The notes: generated by a model from the sequence alone, not told the origin. A stretch of 56,819 nucleotides of DNA, filler included, from Sphacelaria rigidula (GCA_964200075.2; 7 parts of 7 records of this genome joined end to end with filler, not necessarily neighbours in it), one strand, 5' to 3'. Positions 1 to 13,333 are shown, counted from the whole stretch's first letter. Made by a program: numbers and translations.

Positions 1-271
1 GTCCCGACTTTGTAGGGATGCGAGGTCAATGGTCTTATGACTATGGCATGCATGAGTATGAGCACACACCCCCAAAACAAAACAGCCCAAAACTGCCATG
101 AAGAAAATGGTCATACAGCGCCTGATGTTTGGTTTCAGGCAGCATGGAGCGGGCCTTCTATGGGCGACATTGGCGAAAGCGAACGCAAGGGTGGGAATTC
201 ACAGCTGCTCGCTGTGCGTTTTCATTTCAATTTACGTGTAGATTTTGCCTGCTCAAACCAGCCACTTTTCT

Positions 272-612
272 GGGGGGAGGGCGTACTCATTTATTGCTTG
301 CCTTAGTCGTTTAACCATTGACCACGCATCCCTTTCGAGACGGAGCATCGTTCCTACTCCTCACGGAGATACCTCCAACATTTCGGCGCTCATTACGTTT
401 CTTTCATACATTACACAAAAACCGTTTACATATCTTATCCCCGTCCTGTTTCGCCGTCTCTGGCCACCATCTATCTCCTAGATAACCATTGTTTTTTCCC
501 GTTCCGTCTAATGCATCAAACGATTTCATGCCACCTCCGTTCACGTCCCGCATTTCCCCCTCTAGCACGTCCCGCTCCTCTTTGTATAGTTCACGTTCTG
601 CCACTATGTAAA
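272..612 (-). mobile_element. 3' end of LINE family A (5'-truncated copy)
   Basis: Reverse complement matches 4340-4675 and 18630-18890 (ELYKEERDVLEGEMR...DRWWPETAKQDG...; tip ccgtctcgaaagggatgcgtggtcaatgg...aatgagtacgccc). Confidence 0.85.
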
Positions 613-639
613 GTGGGGAGGGGGGGCTATCGTAAAAAG

Positions 640-3600
640 TGCCGATTGGGAAATCAAGCCAGCTCACTGATAATGACATCGAGGAATATGAGAAAACGAA
701 GAACACGAGTAGGGTATAGACGTTGAAGCTTCTTGGTAACAGCGAGATGAAAGCATTGAACAGTAGAGTACATAAGCCAGATGGATGGGCTTGACAACGC
801 ATACAAAGGAGACAAATTCTTGACTATATAATGGTCAATAATGAAAGAAGTAAGGACACGGGAGTACACATATGTGCAGCGGACGTGGGAACTGCGGATC
901 ACCCCCTCACACGGGCTGACAGTAAACAGAGAGATACAAAAACTTGGCGGGGTAGGAAGCAGTACAAATGAAAATAGATGAAAACTAGCAATAAAGTGAA
1001 ATCAACAAGCGTTCCAAGAAGAGATGCCCCAAAGGCAGTGTGATTTTGTTGGAAATATTGACTCGTGTGGCACTGTCTCACTAGGCAGTGTAGCAGAGGC
1101 TTGCACAGTAGCGGTGAAGTTACGTCGCGAGGTGCAGCGAAGAAAACGTCGGGTGGTTTTCTGGGGCGCTTCTGGTCGAAAGAAAATCAAACGGTCTCTT
1201 CTGCACGCAAAGAGCTGGAGGGAAAACTGGGTAAGCTTGGGAGGGTGAGAGTGGTGGCGATCGATATCAAGCCTCAACACTCATCACTGTCTGGAACAAA
1301 ACTAATCTTGCACACGTACGTCAAACGAAGCTATACCATCTGGTTCAACTACTGTACTACTGCTGCTGACGCGGTAGCCTTGCCAGCTCTTAGCTTGGAT
1401 CAACTGCAGTCTTTCACACAAGATCTCTGTCAGCATACGTGGCCAACATACTCTGCAAGAGTATCTTGCATTGACAAATCATGGCAACACCCCTACTTCA
1501 GCATTATCCTAGTTGAAACGTTACTTGGACAGTTAAACTATAAATTAACACAACAAAAGAGGTACTATCCGTGGAAAAGGTACATGGTTCATGGTTTCCT
1601 TGAACCACCATAAGTTGTACCGCTTATCCTTGCTGCAACAAATTTATTCAAACGCAGTGAATATACCTGTAAGAGTAAAGAGAGACACGCAAGATGGCAG
1701 GATGAAGAGAATATGGATAGGGACAAAAGGGATACTGGGCAAACAGGCAGGGGAGGTAGACAAAGGAATAGCCACACAAAGAAGAGCACAGAACGGTAAG
1801 ATGATTCATGCTTCGAAGGGGAACGGATGAGTATTATTAGTAGAGCACTACCGAAAACTAGGAACACCAACAACTGGCAAAAGGTTCGACGCGGAATTCG
1901 AGAAAGAGACCAACGCATGGGCAGAGACAAATCTAGGGTCACCAAAACGGACAGTAATGTTTCAAAAGAAGTGCAGAGAAAATTCACAGAAGAGGAACAA
2001 ACGGCGTGTGCAGCAATACTTGAGAATCGAAAGGCAGCAAGGGGGGCACACGATGTAATGAATGAAGGAGTCATGAACTATTATTGGGGAAGGGAATGAT
2101 TACCATGATCCCTGCCATGATGCTCATGTTGTATACTTGGATCTAGGAAAACGAGCACACACCCAAGAGCTGGAGCGAAGCAGCAGTAGTAGTATAACTT
2201 TTCAAGAAAGGAGCCAAGGCTAACCCAGGGGGTTATAGAGGGACAGCGTTACTCAGCACTGTGGGTAAAACACTCCGCAAGACGCTGAACGATAAAATGA
2301 ACGATACTGCAGAAGGAAAAAAAAACAGCGACGGGCAAGCAGGATTTTGACCAAACCGTAGCTGCATCGACTATGTGTACACATAAGGCAATATCACCTG
2401 AGGTAGGAAATACGCGACGCTTACAACATACCGTTTCTTTTTGGACGTGCAGAAGGCCTATGACGCAGTATGGGGAAATTGGTTGTGGAGACGCATGTGG
2501 GAAACTGAGATCAAAGGAAAATTATGGAGAATGAACAAAAAGATGGCAAAATAGAAGTACTCCTTCCTCCATCTCATAACTTAGGGTACCTAAATTTGTA
2601 CGGGCCCTCAACCGTGTCCGATCTGTTCTTAGCGTATTTTGTTGATATATTCGGTGTTTTTCGAGTAAATACTTTTCTTTCCCAGCCGGTGCTTGAATCA
2701 TGCGGCCGAACGGCCGAAAAATGGTCGTATTCCCCACGGGACGGCATGACCACCGCAATCTCTACCGCCATTGCGTAGCGGCCACTAACCAATATCTCGG
2801 CGCCCCGTTTGCGAGGTGGGGGTGTGCCGGGGGGCGAGTCCATTGTTAGAATGGTGTAGTGGGCAGGCAGGGTACTAAATTTGGACGCTTCTGCGAACTA
2901 TTATTCGAGAATTCTCTAAAACATTCTCAAAAGGATTCCCAAAACAGGGTATATTTAAACCCATTTTAGGTGAAGGAATAGAACCCCGTTTTTTTTTTTT
3001 TCTCTAGCTTCGTCGTCGTTTCATCTCTCTCAAGAACCCGACTATACTATCCTCACTAATCCGGTTGTACCCAGACAACGTATGGCCCATAGGTACCCTG
3101 ACTTTTGAGACAGAGGAAGTATGATGCTGGACGGGAGATTATCGAAATTTCTTGATATTTCACGAGGAGTTGCACAAGGATTTACGTCATCGCCCGCTTT
3201 ATTTGAGGTATTTAGTAATGACATGGTAGTAGCAGTAGAAGCAGTAAAGTAAGGAGTCAAGGTGGGGGAAAGTATGATGTCGGGGTTGATGTTTGCGGAT
3301 GATTTCATGGGGATATCAGAAACACCAGGAGTATCGCCAAAACAATGAGAGAAGGCGCTACAATACACTAGAGAGTGAAGAGTGACAGCGAACGTGAACA
3401 AATGCGCGTTACCTGTATGTACCGAGGATAAGGAGAACCCAACACAATTCAAATAGAAGTGGGGAGAAGAGGAATTGCCGATCGTCGACCAGTAGACACT
3501 GGCGTAGAGGTCGAAAAACAAACTGATCCTGCGATGCACACGAATAGATGAAGAAATAGGACAGGGTGAGGTACAGATAGGCAAGATGGACGTTATCGTA

Positions 3601-4676
3601 AGATATTCGTACGTGGATACTAGGATCAAGAAATATATACTGATGGAGTGATTGTACCAAAACTGTAATCTGCGGGAAAGGTACGTGAAGGGAACCCAAC
3701 GTTGGTTCGGCAGCTGGAAACAGTACAGATGACAGTAGCTTGGGTGCTCAAAAACGACGAGTGATACAGTGCTGAGAGGAGGATTGGGGCTGTAACCGCC
3801 TAAAACAAACACTGACATCAGGAAGTTGTAATGGCAATACAACGTAAGGAACGTGCCAAGAAAGAGATCACCAACCATATGATAGGGCTGTTTGGAAGAA
3901 AGTGACGAAAGGGCAGGCTGGGATAAGGTGGAATGGCGTAGTCAAGAAAGTATGTAAGGGCACAGGAGCAGCCTAAGACGAGATGCTGTCCGCGGGTGAA
4001 TGCGGGGAGTTCAAGATGAGGTAAGGGGTATGATATGAATTAGGGGAAAACAAGCGCAAAGACGGAATGTGGACGAGAAAGAACACCTGAAGATATACGG
4101 GGGGCTGAGGGAGGGGATAGGGATGAAAATACCATATATCTGCACGATCCAATGGAACACGCAAAATAGTTGCGACTGCGATTTCGGGTTGGGGACCTGG
4201 ACCTGCCAGAAAGGACCTGCCAGAAAGGACCTGCCAGAAAGAGGAGTGAGTATACCGGCAGTCGGGTGGAGGAGGAACACGATACACAGAAATATCCCTG
4301 TATCCCTGTGGCAAAGCAACAAGGACTAGATTTCACAGAGTGGTAGAACGAGAATGGACTATACAAGGGAGAACGGAACGTCTTGAAGGGGGACATGTGG
4401 GAACTAAACGAATGTCACATGAGACCATTGAAATTAGGTACATAAGATATTGTTGTATAAAACGATCGTCATACTAGAATATAGGTAACCACAGACGGCG
4501 AAATAGCAAGAGCCCAAGATACGTAAAATGTTTTGTGTAAGGTATGGAAGAAACGTAATAAGCGCCCAGATGCTAAAGTTGTCCCTATAAGGAGTAGGAA
4601 CGATGCTCCGTCTCGAAAGGGATGCGTAGTCAAAGGTCAAACGGCTAAGGCGAGCAACAAATGAGTGCACCCCCCG
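640..4676 (+). mobile_element. Decayed LINE family A, ORF2 pseudogene (APE endonuclease + RT + C-terminal region), interrupted by insertions
   Basis: Frame-disrupted motifs: APE end ILDYIMVN...DVGTADH (~815-905); RT ENRKAARG, LFKKG..NPGGYRG, FFLDVQKAYD (~2020-2470), RGVAQG..SSPALF and LMFADDF (~3165-3306). The 3' tip is shared with the other family A copies. Many stops and frameshifts; a ggacctgccagaaa x3 duplication at ~4200-4240. Confidence 0.9.
2560..3119. mobile_element. Stowaway-like (Tc1/mariner) MITE inserted in the LINE RT
   Basis: Imperfect TIRs cttcctccatctcataacttagggtaccta / taggtaccctgacttttgagacagaggaag. TA on both sides (2558-2559, 3120-3121). RT homology resumes immediately after. 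Confidence 0.8.
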
Positions 4677-4992
4677 CTCCTGCGCCCGCCCGCCCGCCTG
4701 TGACAAAAAGTGCTTGCAGTGATTAACCTCGTCACCATGGAAAAATGTACGTGGCATAACACACCAGCGGCATAACTTCGGCGCTTCACTGCACCTCACT
4801 GTACCTACTATTGGAAGTGTAATGAGTACGATACACCTCGTGCAAAATCCACTACTACTACTGTATGAACTTTTGTAATGCACTAATGAACTGATGTATC
4901 CATGTGCTAGCATGAAATCCAGTCCAATCTTCCAAAACGGTAACAGCACTGTACGCCCGATTCAACATTTCTTCGACGCATTCGCGAATGAA

Positions 4993-5133
4993 CTAAAGCT
5001 TTGAGAAGTACGACGTATTGTGCGCGAGCAAAGCTGGCGTGATGTCTTGGACCCTTGTGCAGCCGGCAAGCTGCATCGCTTGAACCAATTCCGCGTTGAT
5101 GAGGTTGAGCACGTCTCTAACCCCGTCTTCGCC
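4993..5133 (-). CDS. Last exon of a peroxisomal FMN-dependent alpha-hydroxy-acid oxidase (glycolate oxidase-like)
   Basis: cag| acceptor at 5136-5134, then GEDGVRDVLNLINAELVQAMQLAGCTRVQDITPALLAHNTSYFSKL*. This is the typical FMN_dh C-terminus (GxxGVxxVLxxLxxELxxAMxLxGC) plus a PTS1 SKL. Upstream exons not found on this contig. Confidence 0.85.
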   Translation of the reverse strand, partial: GEDGVRDVLNLINAELVQAMQLAGCTRVQDITPALLAHNTSYFSKL

Positions 5134-6099
5134 CTGATCGATGCAAGGATAGAGCATTGAATGGCCAGTAGGTGATGGAAACGAATTGACGATTTGAGGG
5201 GGGAGCAGAACAATTGATGGGAAAAGATCGAGCAACATCTCCACCAAAGTCTAGCTGTCATCGAATCCATCGAATCCATCGAATCCAAGGGAAAGACAAG
5301 GAAATACAACGAAGGGGATAGAACGGGAAAGTCGCCACCGCTGGTACTGAGAGTATGACACTATGTCACAGTCTATGATAGCTGCACCAGCACCTCGCGA
5401 GGAATCCAATATGTGAATGGTCCAGAGAGTGACCCGCTTTGAACCTGACTAGGGATCAGCTGTGAGGGAGGTGGAGAGCAGGGGGCTAACACAAACATCG
5501 ATACTCCTGCCCCTGTATTATTCTATTTATCGGCTGTTGTATCTTCTCTTCGGCATGCAGCTTTTTACTAGACTACTCGTAATAATGTTGCGTATAAGAG
5601 CTCTGTTTCCTGTTCGTTCATGCTTCTTCGTTCCCGGGCTCCTTCTTTTCAGTTTCTCCATGTCTTCTTTCGATCCTTCTTTCTCTACTTTCTCCCCTTC
5701 CTCATTTCTCTCCCTCAATCCAGACGGACACTAACGCAGGAAGTAGGCCAGCCTCACTCCTGAGCAAGTCTGCACACACACACCCTCACCCCCCGGGATG
5801 TCGAACAAAAATGATATGCATTTTTGTCTGACATGACGCATTCTAGAGTGGCGTAATCAGGCCCTGACACTGTACTCGAGTGATTTAAATGACTGAGCAC
5901 GCGTCGAGGCTGCCAGTTGAGCTGGAAGCATTGCTGGGGCGCTGCAAAACATTTGTTTGTTCGAAGTATGATGTTGTGGCCGTAAGGGCTGGGCTGGTGT
6001 TTGAGCGACCCTCAGCTATACTTGATTCGCCCTGCTCGTTTTCGTGCTGTATTAGGTGTATTAGTGTGTTGAGTTTCTTAAATTCAAGTGTAATATTTT

Positions 6100-6191
6100 G
6101 TTTTTTCTTGGGTACGTCCATCTCGTGACCACGGCTGGATCCCTGGAGGGTCACTCAAAGTGCGACAATCAATCAAATCAAATCAAATCAA
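6100..6191 (+). mobile_element. Short 3'-tip copy of LINE family B (or related SINE) with (aatca)n tail
   Basis: Aligns with 18400-18489 (gggtacgtccatctcgtgaccacggctggatccctggagggtcactcaaagtgcgacaatcaatcaaatc); contains a gtgacc...ggtcac stem. Confidence 0.7.
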
Positions 6192-6199
6192 GTGCATTG

Positions 6200-6271
6200 A
6201 GTGTAATACGTGTATTATTAAGTGTATTATTAAGTGTATTATTAAGTGTATTAAGTGTATTATTAAGTGTA
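6200..6271. repeat. (AGTGTATTATTA)n simple repeat
   Basis: Directly visible tandem copies. Confidence 0.85.
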
Positions 6272-6720
6272 GCAAGAGCAAGACACAAAAAGTAGAGAAA
6301 TGTTATTCTTGTTTCGGCTGGCCAGGCTTTGTTTCGTGCGTGGTCTTATCGTATCATTACAACTCGAACGAAACACATCGTTTTGCGAGCAACGCCTAAC
6401 TGCAGCCAAGGGTTTGTGCTCATACTCACTAGGGTCACACGAAGCGGCGGACGGTTCTGAACACGGAAGCAACTCTGAATAAAGGTGGCTGAAAAAACGC
6501 AGGGAAGGGATGCGAACCGTCGGTATACTATACTTGACGGAGTCATCATGTGGTCAGTATGTATCATGTGTGTATCATGTGTGTGTCATCTCCCCTTTTG
6601 ATCTCAGCGCTTTCTTATTTTTTGCGGAAGGAGACGGGCAGGAGCTGGGTACGTGTTTCATGTACATGGAGATATTTTATTTACCATATTCGAATACCAT
6701 ACGGGTGGCCACTGATACAT

Positions 6721-6797
6721 GTTACACGTTACACGTTACACGTTACACGTTACACGTTACACGTTACACGTTACACGTTACACGTTACACGTTACAC
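6721..6797. repeat. (GTTACAC)11 heptamer microsatellite
   Basis: Directly visible perfect repeat. Confidence 0.95.
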
Positions 6798-8032
6798 GCA
6801 TTTCGGAGCGTCCCTTTCACAGCGATTGTGGACCGTAACCCTTCAACAGCGCATTCGACAGCACGTTCAACAGCACGCGTACGTACAGCGTGAACCGGAT
6901 TGCAAAACGGATATTCCAGGATATAGGTGTGTTTACGATGGTTACTCTACAATGGTTACACAAGGCGACAACGAGTGCGATCACAGCCCGATTCACGCTG
7001 TACACACCACGTGTAACTGATCCATAACGTACCATAAGCTAGAGACACTCGAGAAGGCGTAAACCGTGCACCAGCGGCCACCCGCGCAAGAAGAAGAGTT
7101 GAAGCCGTCTTGTCTAGTACTGTCCAGTCTTGTCTAGCTTGTCTAGTCTTGTCTTGTTTTCAAGTAAATAGCAAAGAGGTCGGGGCCTGAGCGTGTCCGG
7201 TTTATTTTCGGCTGAATTTGGATAGTAGAATGTAGATTGTAGATGTTAGTCGAGATTGTAGATTGTGGATATCAGCCACCGCGCTCCGATGGTGCTTTGG
7301 CATATTGGTGCAACTGACAGGCTTAGCCTTAGGCTTAGGGTGGCAAATACGTGGGTCCTATTCCTGCCAGGTGCGTCTAGGGTGTTCAATTCATTGAATA
7401 GGATGCCTCTATTTGTCACAAGTACTACAATCAGTATGAGTCTCAGTATCAGTATGAGTGTCTGATTTCCGATGACGCCATTGAAAACGTGCGGACGTAC
7501 GTGAAAAACATAAACGCTTTGTTTGGCCGGGTTTAATAGACGACAGGCGACGCGGTTTGGGAGTGCTGGTCATGATCCAATCCGTACCGATAGATACCAA
7601 AACGTAAGGCGAGTACCGTACCGGATGGAGAGATGAGTTAATCGGTCCCGTGTGACCACCGTGTGACCACGGACTCATCCCGAGGAATTGGAGGGGTTAA
7701 GATGGGTTAAGGTTACAAGGGAGATCGAAAAGTGCAAATAGATATTGCTCAAACACGCCGTGTAACACATACAGTAGTACATACATGAAGGTGCGCACAA
7801 CATTGAATGGGTGCGGTCACAAAAATCGGGGCGCAATCAATAGCCCAAAACGTTGGGTGTCAATGGTTGAAACTGAACAGAAGAAAATTCATTCACGGAA
7901 GCTTCAACATCGCGCGCGTAGGTTGGAAATGACCCCCCCCCCCCCCCCCCCCCCCCCCGCGTGTCGCCACTCGCCCCGGGCGGCGGGGCCTCCATGGACA
8001 GTACAGAGGCAAACGAACAACAAGAAAACCCC

Positions 8033-8132
8033 NNNNNNNNNNNNNNNNNNNNNNNNNNNNNNNNNNNNNNNNNNNNTTAATTAATTAANNNNNNNNNNNN
8101 NNNNNNNNNNNNNNNNNNNNNNNNNNNNNNNN
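8033..8132. other. Artificial 100-bp contig linker (N44-TTAATTAATTAA-N44)
   Basis: 44 N + TTAATTAATTAA (stops in all six frames) + 44 N; the same linker recurs every 8131-8132 bp. Confidence 0.97.
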
Positions 8133-10039
8133 CCTCATATTTTGTTTCAACCCCAAAAATTAGGATCGGCTGTTAGATCTGTCTCTACTCAGTGGTATAC
8201 AACAGCGTTGCGCAGCTCTTGACAACACAAGAGGGGGTATGTAAGCGGCAAAGTGTATGCAAAGAGCAAACCTTTCCCTCTTTTTGTGTTTTTCTATGGT
8301 TGATAGTCAAGCAGCAAAATTCAGCTTCACCTTCAGGTGGGCGATATAAGGTGATTTGCAGGGAAGCTTATTACAAGGTTGTGTTTATGGTCGGAAGTGG
8401 GGGGTCTTGGTCGGCATACTGAACCATACCGAAATATGTACCGAACATCCCGGTATGGTCCGGCAGGGTATCTAGCCTTTTCCCGAACGATGCGGTGCGT
8501 ATGAACAGATATGAGCTGGGCCAGCCTAGAAACAGATTTAAGCTCTCACGGTGATATCTCATCGACACAGATGAGTTGAGCCGTGATCCGCACATCATGG
8601 TAATCGTCTAAACAAGGGGGAGCTGCCCACCTGCTCAAAAATCTGGACCAATATTTCCTCGTTGAATAAACCCCATGTCTAGTAATTCCTATACCATACG
8701 GAGATTGCGTCCATACTAAAATCTATTTGAGATCCCGAACGATGCATTCAGCGCATGGCGATAGGTACCCTCACCTTCACCTAATTCGTGATCCATCTCG
8801 AGATATGGCGCTCAGAAGGTTCCATAATAATAAAAAACAATAGGAGTGCACCAAAACATTTTCTTTCTTTCATGAGTTAGGGGAAATAATCGGTCTTCAG
8901 GTATCAGTAAAATGCCCCTAACTCATGAAAAAAGTCGTTTGATGTACTCGTTTTTTTCAATATGCTCTATCCATTGTCCATACCAAACTTTTGACGCCAA
9001 CTCTAAATATTGGCCGGCGAATGGACCTGCAAACTACAAATTCGCCTCTAGGCTGGCCCAGCTAGTAAAATACCTCTTCAATACGAACTCTCGTGAAGAC
9101 CCGAATATCAGCTGGCAAAACCTACATACCGAGCTTGGAAACGTATTTGATCATCCCACCCATTTGAACTATTAAGATAGTCACGCCATCCCTATTCAGG
9201 TCCGTCGCCGGATCTGGAAATTTCCTGGAAATACGCATGATTGATCTGGGAGGCATTCACAATGTGCACGCCCCCCTGTCTGAAATACTGAAGCCCCTGG
9301 GCCGTCAGCCGGTGAAACTGTTTCGGAACTATGCTGGAAGTCAAAGCGTTGATGAGGATCTTTCAACACAAGCTTCTGCCTACGTCAGGTACAGCATGTC
9401 CGCTAGGTCAACTCGACCGCCACTGCTGCCAGCCTTTTGCACTACTCATGGGCTTTTCAGGGAACATGACCTACACAAAGGCATTCCTGACAATATGTTT
9501 TTTGAGTCTCGATACTCAGCGCAGCGCGTCATTCGGTAACCTCTAGATAGGGGCTCTCGGAGGTTGGAGTAGCAGCAGTCAAGATCAGGGGAAGGTTTCT
9601 GCGTGGGAGCAGCAATGAGTTTAATCAAACTAAAACGACGCTACAGCAGTGTACGTCTAGTGTTGGTGAGAGAAGCTCCACCGTGAGAACATAGTCAGCG
9701 CTTGACAGCGTTTTCTAATGATGGAGTTGTTCTATCGAGCAAATAAAGTACCGGGTTCGATTCCGGGTCAACTTGTCATCTTTCTTGGTCGAAGCGCTTT
9801 TCTGGGGGAAATGGCCAAACTCAAGTGCGCTGACAGTTCCGCCGAACAGTAATCTAGTGATCAAGTTCCTCTGACGAACAAGGGAGGCACCGGCTTTGAT
9901 TCTCGGTTTGTTTTCTATGTGTCTTGGCCGAATAAGCGATTCCCGGAAGAAATTGGACGACGTTAATGAGTTCAGCCCGTGTATATATTATTACGTTGAC
10001 TGGCTGCTCTAAAATAATGGTGGAGTTCCTCTCACGAAC

Positions 10040-13000
10040 ATGTAACACTACAACAGTGTGTTGCGGTCTGAACGACGTACGGTTCGTGACTGTTGCCAGG
10101 AGGGCGGCATTACATCTAGTGTATCTAGCACTACAGCGGTACGTTGCGGCCTGAGCGAAGTAGGGCACGAAATGTTTGAAAAGGTAACACTTCACCAGTG
10201 GGCATCTAGAAGTACAGCAATGCGTTGTGACTTGAGCGAAACTGGCTTTATGACTTTGAGGAGGGCACCGTTTCATCATAGTGCGTCTACCACGACAGCA
10301 GTGAATCGCGGCCTGAGTAATGATACAGCTGCATCACCACCGACTATCATCCATCACCAACTCCACTGCCCGACCAATTCCACCATGACCCCTCCGCCGA
10401 TGCACAACCATTGCCATACTCTTCACTCTATCACTACGAGTCATCCGATCCACATTCCCATCCGGTAACCCCCCATCCAACGTCCACTGCCGAGTTGCCG
10501 TGTACTGATAACCCTTTGTGGTAATATGTGTATGGCGCTTTCTGCGTCCCCAGAAAAGTCAGTTTGTAGTTTGGGTAATTTCGATGTGAAGGATAGGATA
10601 TTGCATCAGACGAAATCTCAACCTGTTTTTGATTCAGGACTATGGATTGCAGACTCAGGTACATCGCACCACACCACAGGCAGCATGGCCGACGTTTTCG
10701 ATACTCTCCCTCCCCCAGTGAGGAAAGGGAATGTTGTTTCAGGGAGTGGTAAAGTGCTACCGGTCAAGGCAGTCGGGAGCCTCAAGTTGAGATTGCATCA
10801 ATCATGTGACAACTCTCCAGTTACTGAAGAGACTAGTGTACTGCTCACGGACGTTTATGTATCGGAAGGGATTCAGGTTAATCTACTCTCTGTTCACCGC
10901 GCGCAAAAGAGCCAACGAGTAATCTGCGATGAAAACGGTGTACACCTGTTCGACGGCAAGCTACGTTTCAACTACACTTAGCGTTCCTCATGACAATTTG
11001 CCACACGCCTGCCATCGACCTATGGATAGATTCCAGTAGTCACTCTTGTTGTCGCCATTGAGAGTGATACTGCATCCACCCCACAGCGAGAAAATATCAG
11101 TACGATTCCTCCAGACTCTGCTTCCATTCCACAGGGAGTGAGTGCTCGCAAGATTCCCTCGGATTTTGCTTCTACTTCACAGCGAGTGAGTGCCAGTAAG
11201 GTTCCCCCGAATTTTACTTCTGCTCCACAACAAGTGAGTGTCAGTAAGGTTCCCCCCAGATTCTGCTTTTGCTCAACAGCGAATCAATGTCGGTACGGTT
11301 CCCCCCGACTCTGCTTCCATTCCACAGGAAGCGAGTGCCAGTAAGATTCCCCCGAATTTTGCTTCTGCTCCACAGCGAGCAAGTGTCAGTAAGATTCCCC
11401 CAGATTCTCCTTCTGCTCCACAGCGAGCGAGTGTCAGTAAGATCCCACCCAATTCTGCCTTTACCCCACAGCCTTTGAGTGTCGACAAAACATTCCGCAA
11501 ATATTCTTGTACTCGGTTTTCAAGTATCAGGGATTTGAGTGAGGGGGAGAGAAGGTACACAGTACGGACACCCAACCGACAACCCTCCACGGACGGCCAA
11601 TCACAACGAGAAATGGACATCATCAACAGCGTCGCGTGGACGGTGACTCGTCAGCCATTTCCCACAGCGGCGTCGCTCGACGGCGGGGAAGGGGGAAGCA
11701 ACTTTCATCGCGTCGCCAACGCCGCCGACATACCGACACTACCGTCACCTTTCCCCGTTGCCGCATCACCGTGGTTACCACCTACTACCACAGCTACACT
11801 TCCTATTCCCGCTCCAACAGCCCCGCGGTTGTACCACGCGCGATAACCTTCATTCCTAGTTCCTTTATCATCGCCGACAACACCACAGCCGCTGCCGCTA
11901 CCACCGGCTCTGTTGGCAATAATCTTTTCACGCAAGGCGCGGTATCGGTCAAATTGAGCCGGGGGGCGCTTAGGGATCCCCATGTGGTCGAGGACAGACA
12001 GCCAAGGAGGCAAGGGGGGCACTAGAATGGCATGGAAATACGGAGAAGCAAAGTGGATAGAATGGAGCACGGAGATAGATTCGAGGCTTTTGACCAGAGG
12101 AGAGATGCACAGGCCCGAGATAGATGTTGACATCTCCAGCTTATCAGTAGGTTTACACTTTGCATGATTTTTGTTCTAAATAAGGTTTTAGACTTATCGG
12201 GTATGAATGAGGATGCATGTATGCGACTCCTGCCTGGCAGTGGTGATTTATTTGATAAAACATCAGACTCGCAGTCGTTGATGATTAGCGTGCTTCACTG
12301 GACATTTTAGGATTTGTTGAGGATCATTTTGCGTAAAAAAACTGGCGTGGGTCTAGAATGTTTGAACATTCAGGCTCAGGACTTTTATTTTACGTATAAA
12401 TCTCGGCCAGATCCTTTTGAACTGTATCGTTTGTTCGACCGTAGCTCAGTTCGAGTTTGCTCGTATCAAACTCAGTTACTCGCATCACCGAGATGCTAAC
12501 GTAGCTTGGTTTATTTCCTCGTCTGCGTCTAGGTTTCGGAGTGGATGCAAATGTTTTCAAAGAACCGCTATGGTCACGAAAGTCAGGGGGTCGGAAGATT
12601 TGATGATGTGAATCCTTTTTGACTTGAGATTTACATGAAGTATATTCCCGTGAAGGGGAGAGTGATGAAGGTTCAGGAGGGCGTAAAATACAGGAGATAC
12701 TATTTCCTGGGCAAATTGAGCTTTTTATATGTTATATTGGCGGAGTTTGAGCAAGGCTGAATATACGTTTATTTTTGTGCCAGGTTGTTGTTTTTCCTTA
12801 TCAGTTTCCAACGTCATATGTTTTCAGGCCACGACTGAGCCGTGAACAGGGGGGCTGATCGAATATGCTCATGCTCAGGCATGAACAAGAATGACAGAAG
12901 ATATCGTGGAGTACAGGTAGTATCAACCATGGTGGGGGTGCGGAGTATTATCATAGCTGATAACAGGTATAGTGTCTAATGACGTAGGTTATGCGGGTAC

Positions 13001-13316
13001 AACATACTTCACACAAACAGCCGAGCTGTGCACCACCCTCAGTCGTTCAGTCTTGTTTGGGTGCCCGCTGTCAAAATGCCTTGCTTTGGGGGTTTGCATT
13101 AGCGTATGTGGTGAGTACGTGTGTGTGGTACTGAGTGAGAGAGATTGAGTGTGAGTTATTGGGTGACTGAGTGAGATTGATCGAGGGAAACTGAGTGAGT
13201 ACGCAGGATTTAACCAATTAACAATATAAAGCGCTTTATACTACTGTTACTTGCCTGAACCAGGCTGCTGACTTGCGTTCACGCACACCCGAACTGTGTG
13301 GAGGATTACCCCCGCA
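10040..13316 (+). mobile_element. Decayed Ty1/Copia LTR retrotransposon remnant (gag knuckles, protease, degenerate RT, PPT, candidate 3' LTR)
   Basis: Protease WIADSGTSHHTTG...VLLTDVYVSEGIQVNLLSV (10526-10981). Three ~81-nt degenerate CCHC-like repeats at 10045-10320. RT remnants SRLLTRGEMHRPEIDV (cf. ARLVARGFxQxxGID) and MNEDACMRLLPGSGDL (cf. EEVYMRLPPGCG). Purine tract acaggggggc then TG(12856)...CA(13316). Confidence 0.75.
11070..11480 (+). repeat. 45-bp coding-type minisatellite (~9 units; SVSKIPPNFASAPQR-like)
   Basis: Units such as agtaagattcccccgaattttgcttctgctccacagcgagcaagtgtc repeat in tandem directly after the Copia protease. Confidence 0.9.
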
Positions 13317-13333
13317 TGGGAGCGATTTCTCAC

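Noticed and set aside
1255-1665. Defined mobile element interrupting the LINE
   Set aside because: It looks like an insertion, but I could not find TIRs or a TSD; left unclassified.
3042-3878. 278-aa minus-strand ORF
   Set aside because: Antisense shadow of the LINE RT.
8077-8088. TTAATTAATTAA palindrome as a regularly spaced biological repeat or piggyBac site
   Set aside because: It is always centred in 44+44 N; it is an assembly linker.
9690-9790. tRNA or SINE head (gggttcgattccggg)
   Set aside because: Only a B-box-like motif; no convincing A box or cloverleaf.
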